DNA from: a virus
Taxonomy: Duplodnaviria > Caudoviricetes
Virus record (IMG/VR): IMGVR_UViG_3300032134_000003
Coordinates: 1-58,320 of that record
Length of the DNA stretch: 58,320 bases
Strand: one strand, 5' to 3'
Positions 57,173 through 58,320 of this stretch are shown here, one piece after another. The notes under the pieces were generated by a model. It had not been told where the DNA came from. It did not search any database and saw nothing but the letters and a program-made list of their open reading frames with translations. Every line of letters begins with the position of its first letter. Position 1 is the stretch's first letter. The translations under genes and the position numbers were made by a program.

Positions 57173-58320
57173 ATGGCTATTAGTTTTGTACAATGGGAAA
57201 AATATGTACAGAGTTTCCCTGATGACCGCCTTGGGCAGGAGTTTCAGAATCCGGGAAGCACCGTTGCTGGCGAAGAAAAACCACCACAGGCCGTAATTAT
57301 AGCCGAGATGGGGACCCGTAACGCAGCAAGAAAGGCCGATAAGGCCATGCAAGCTAGTCAGGGGGAGCCATCAGGAACCATCGGTGAACAAACCTATGAT
57401 GAGTTTGCTGGAGAAAGCCGTCCTGCGGGTGGTCCCGGTGGCGGTCCTTCTCCTGGGGCCATGAAAGCTAGTAAGGGGCAGCCTGGCGGTCCTCCAATGG
57501 GTCCCGGTGGCCCTCCTCCTGTCGGTCCTCCCATGGGTGGTCCCCCGATGATGGCCTACGGTGGTTCTGTTCCCGGATATCAATACGGTGGTTCTGTTCC
57601 CGGATATCAAGACGGTGGAGATACCGAAGATCCTGGGTGGATGCGTAGGCTTGTGGGCATGGCTACTGGTGCGGACTCATGGGAAGATGCAGCAGAAAAT
57701 CCTTTTAGGACTGCTGGGCACACAGCACTTACGGCTGCGATGATGCATCCCGGTGCGAGGATTGCCGGTGGGATAGGACGGCTTGGGTCGGGGCTGATGG
57801 GACTAGGAAGCGGTTCGGGTATTTTGTCAGCCATTGGCAGAGGGACGGTTGGCATGGCCGGGAAGGGTGGGATGGGCAGTCGCCTAGCTAGACTTTTGGC
57901 GGGCAATAAAAGAATTAGTAGTACGGGTGCTGCTAGGCGAATACCTGGTAGTGTTAAGGAGGGGAGAGAAGCTTTGAAGCAGGCGACTTTTGGCCCAGGT
58001 GGACGATTAAGGCCTGGATCCAATTTACAGACATATAGTGCGCGCAGGGCTGCTATCCGTGCCCAAAGGGTAAGTGACGCTGCTATTGGTAGGGCGGTAG
58101 CATTAAGGGGGGGAGGATTGGGGGTAGCAGGATTACTCGCTCTGGATCCCTTTGATGGGCCAGAACCAATGTCAAGTGACGGCACCCCGCCCGAACCTCC
58201 ACCAAATACGGATCTCTCAAACTCGTCTGCGGTACGCGCAGATAGGTCCAAGGGATTCGCAAATGGAGCGTATGATTGGCTAGATGAGGAGTCACCGACA
58301 GAGAGAAACCTGAGACGACT
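57173..58320 (+). CDS. 5' part of a ~1012-aa putative internal virion/ejection protein spanning the circular join
   Basis: ATG at 57173 (MAISFVQWEK...); open to the window end and in frame with 3..2018; contains YxxGG repeats. Confidence 0.8.
   Translation, partial: MAISFVQWEKYVQSFPDDRLGQEFQNPGSTVAGEEKPPQAVIIAEMGTRNAARKADKAMQASQGEPSGTIGEQTYDEFAGESRPAGGPGGGPSPGAMKASKGQPGGPPMGPGGPPPVGPPMGGPPMMAYGGSVPGYQYGGSVPGYQDGGDTEDPGWMRRLVGMATGADSWEDAAENPFRTAGHTALTAAMMHPGARIAGGIGRLGSGLMGLGSGSGILSAIGRGTVGMAGKGGMGSRLARLLAGNKRISSTGAARRIPGSVKEGREALKQATFGPGGRLRPGSNLQTYSARRAAIRAQRVSDAAIGRAVALRGGGLGVAGLLALDPFDGPEPMSSDGTPPEPPPNTDLSNSSAVRADRSKGFANGAYDWLDEESPTERNLRR
58194..58320. repeat. Terminal direct repeat, copy 2 (circular assembly overlap)
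   Basis: Identical to 1-127. Confidence 0.95.

Noticed and set aside
1-58320. Stop-codon reassignment
   Set aside because: Standard code gives dense full-length genes, and TAA, TAG and TGA all end credible genes

Overview
The window is a complete, circularly permuted dsDNA tailed-phage genome. Bases 1-127 repeat at 58194-58320, so the true length is about 58,193 bp, and one gene runs across the join. The morphogenesis block is podovirus-like: terL, portal, GroES, scaffold, major capsid, adaptors, tail fibre, tail tube/stabilisation protein and several very large internal/ejection proteins, including a 2626-aa polyvalent protein. It is followed by a lysis region, then a recombination/replication block (SSB-like, Sak-like annealase, Cas4-like nuclease, RusA, T7 gp4-like primase-helicase). 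A long minus-strand accessory operon follows. I recognised no DNA polymerase, integrase or CRISPR array. The most unusual part is the 2.6 kb between terS and terL. It holds a non-coding ~540-nt segment (30393-30930) that hand-folds into a multi-domain + strand RNA with two pairs of duplicated sub-motifs, plus a G-quadruplex-like tract and a CTAG array. The neighbouring 24.8-28.9 kb carries ten copies of the palindrome GGGGAA-N3-TTCCCC. Three copies extend to a 34-bp unit fused to gene ends, giving a cassette-like array. All assignments come from reading motifs and pairings by eye; no searches or folding programs were run.
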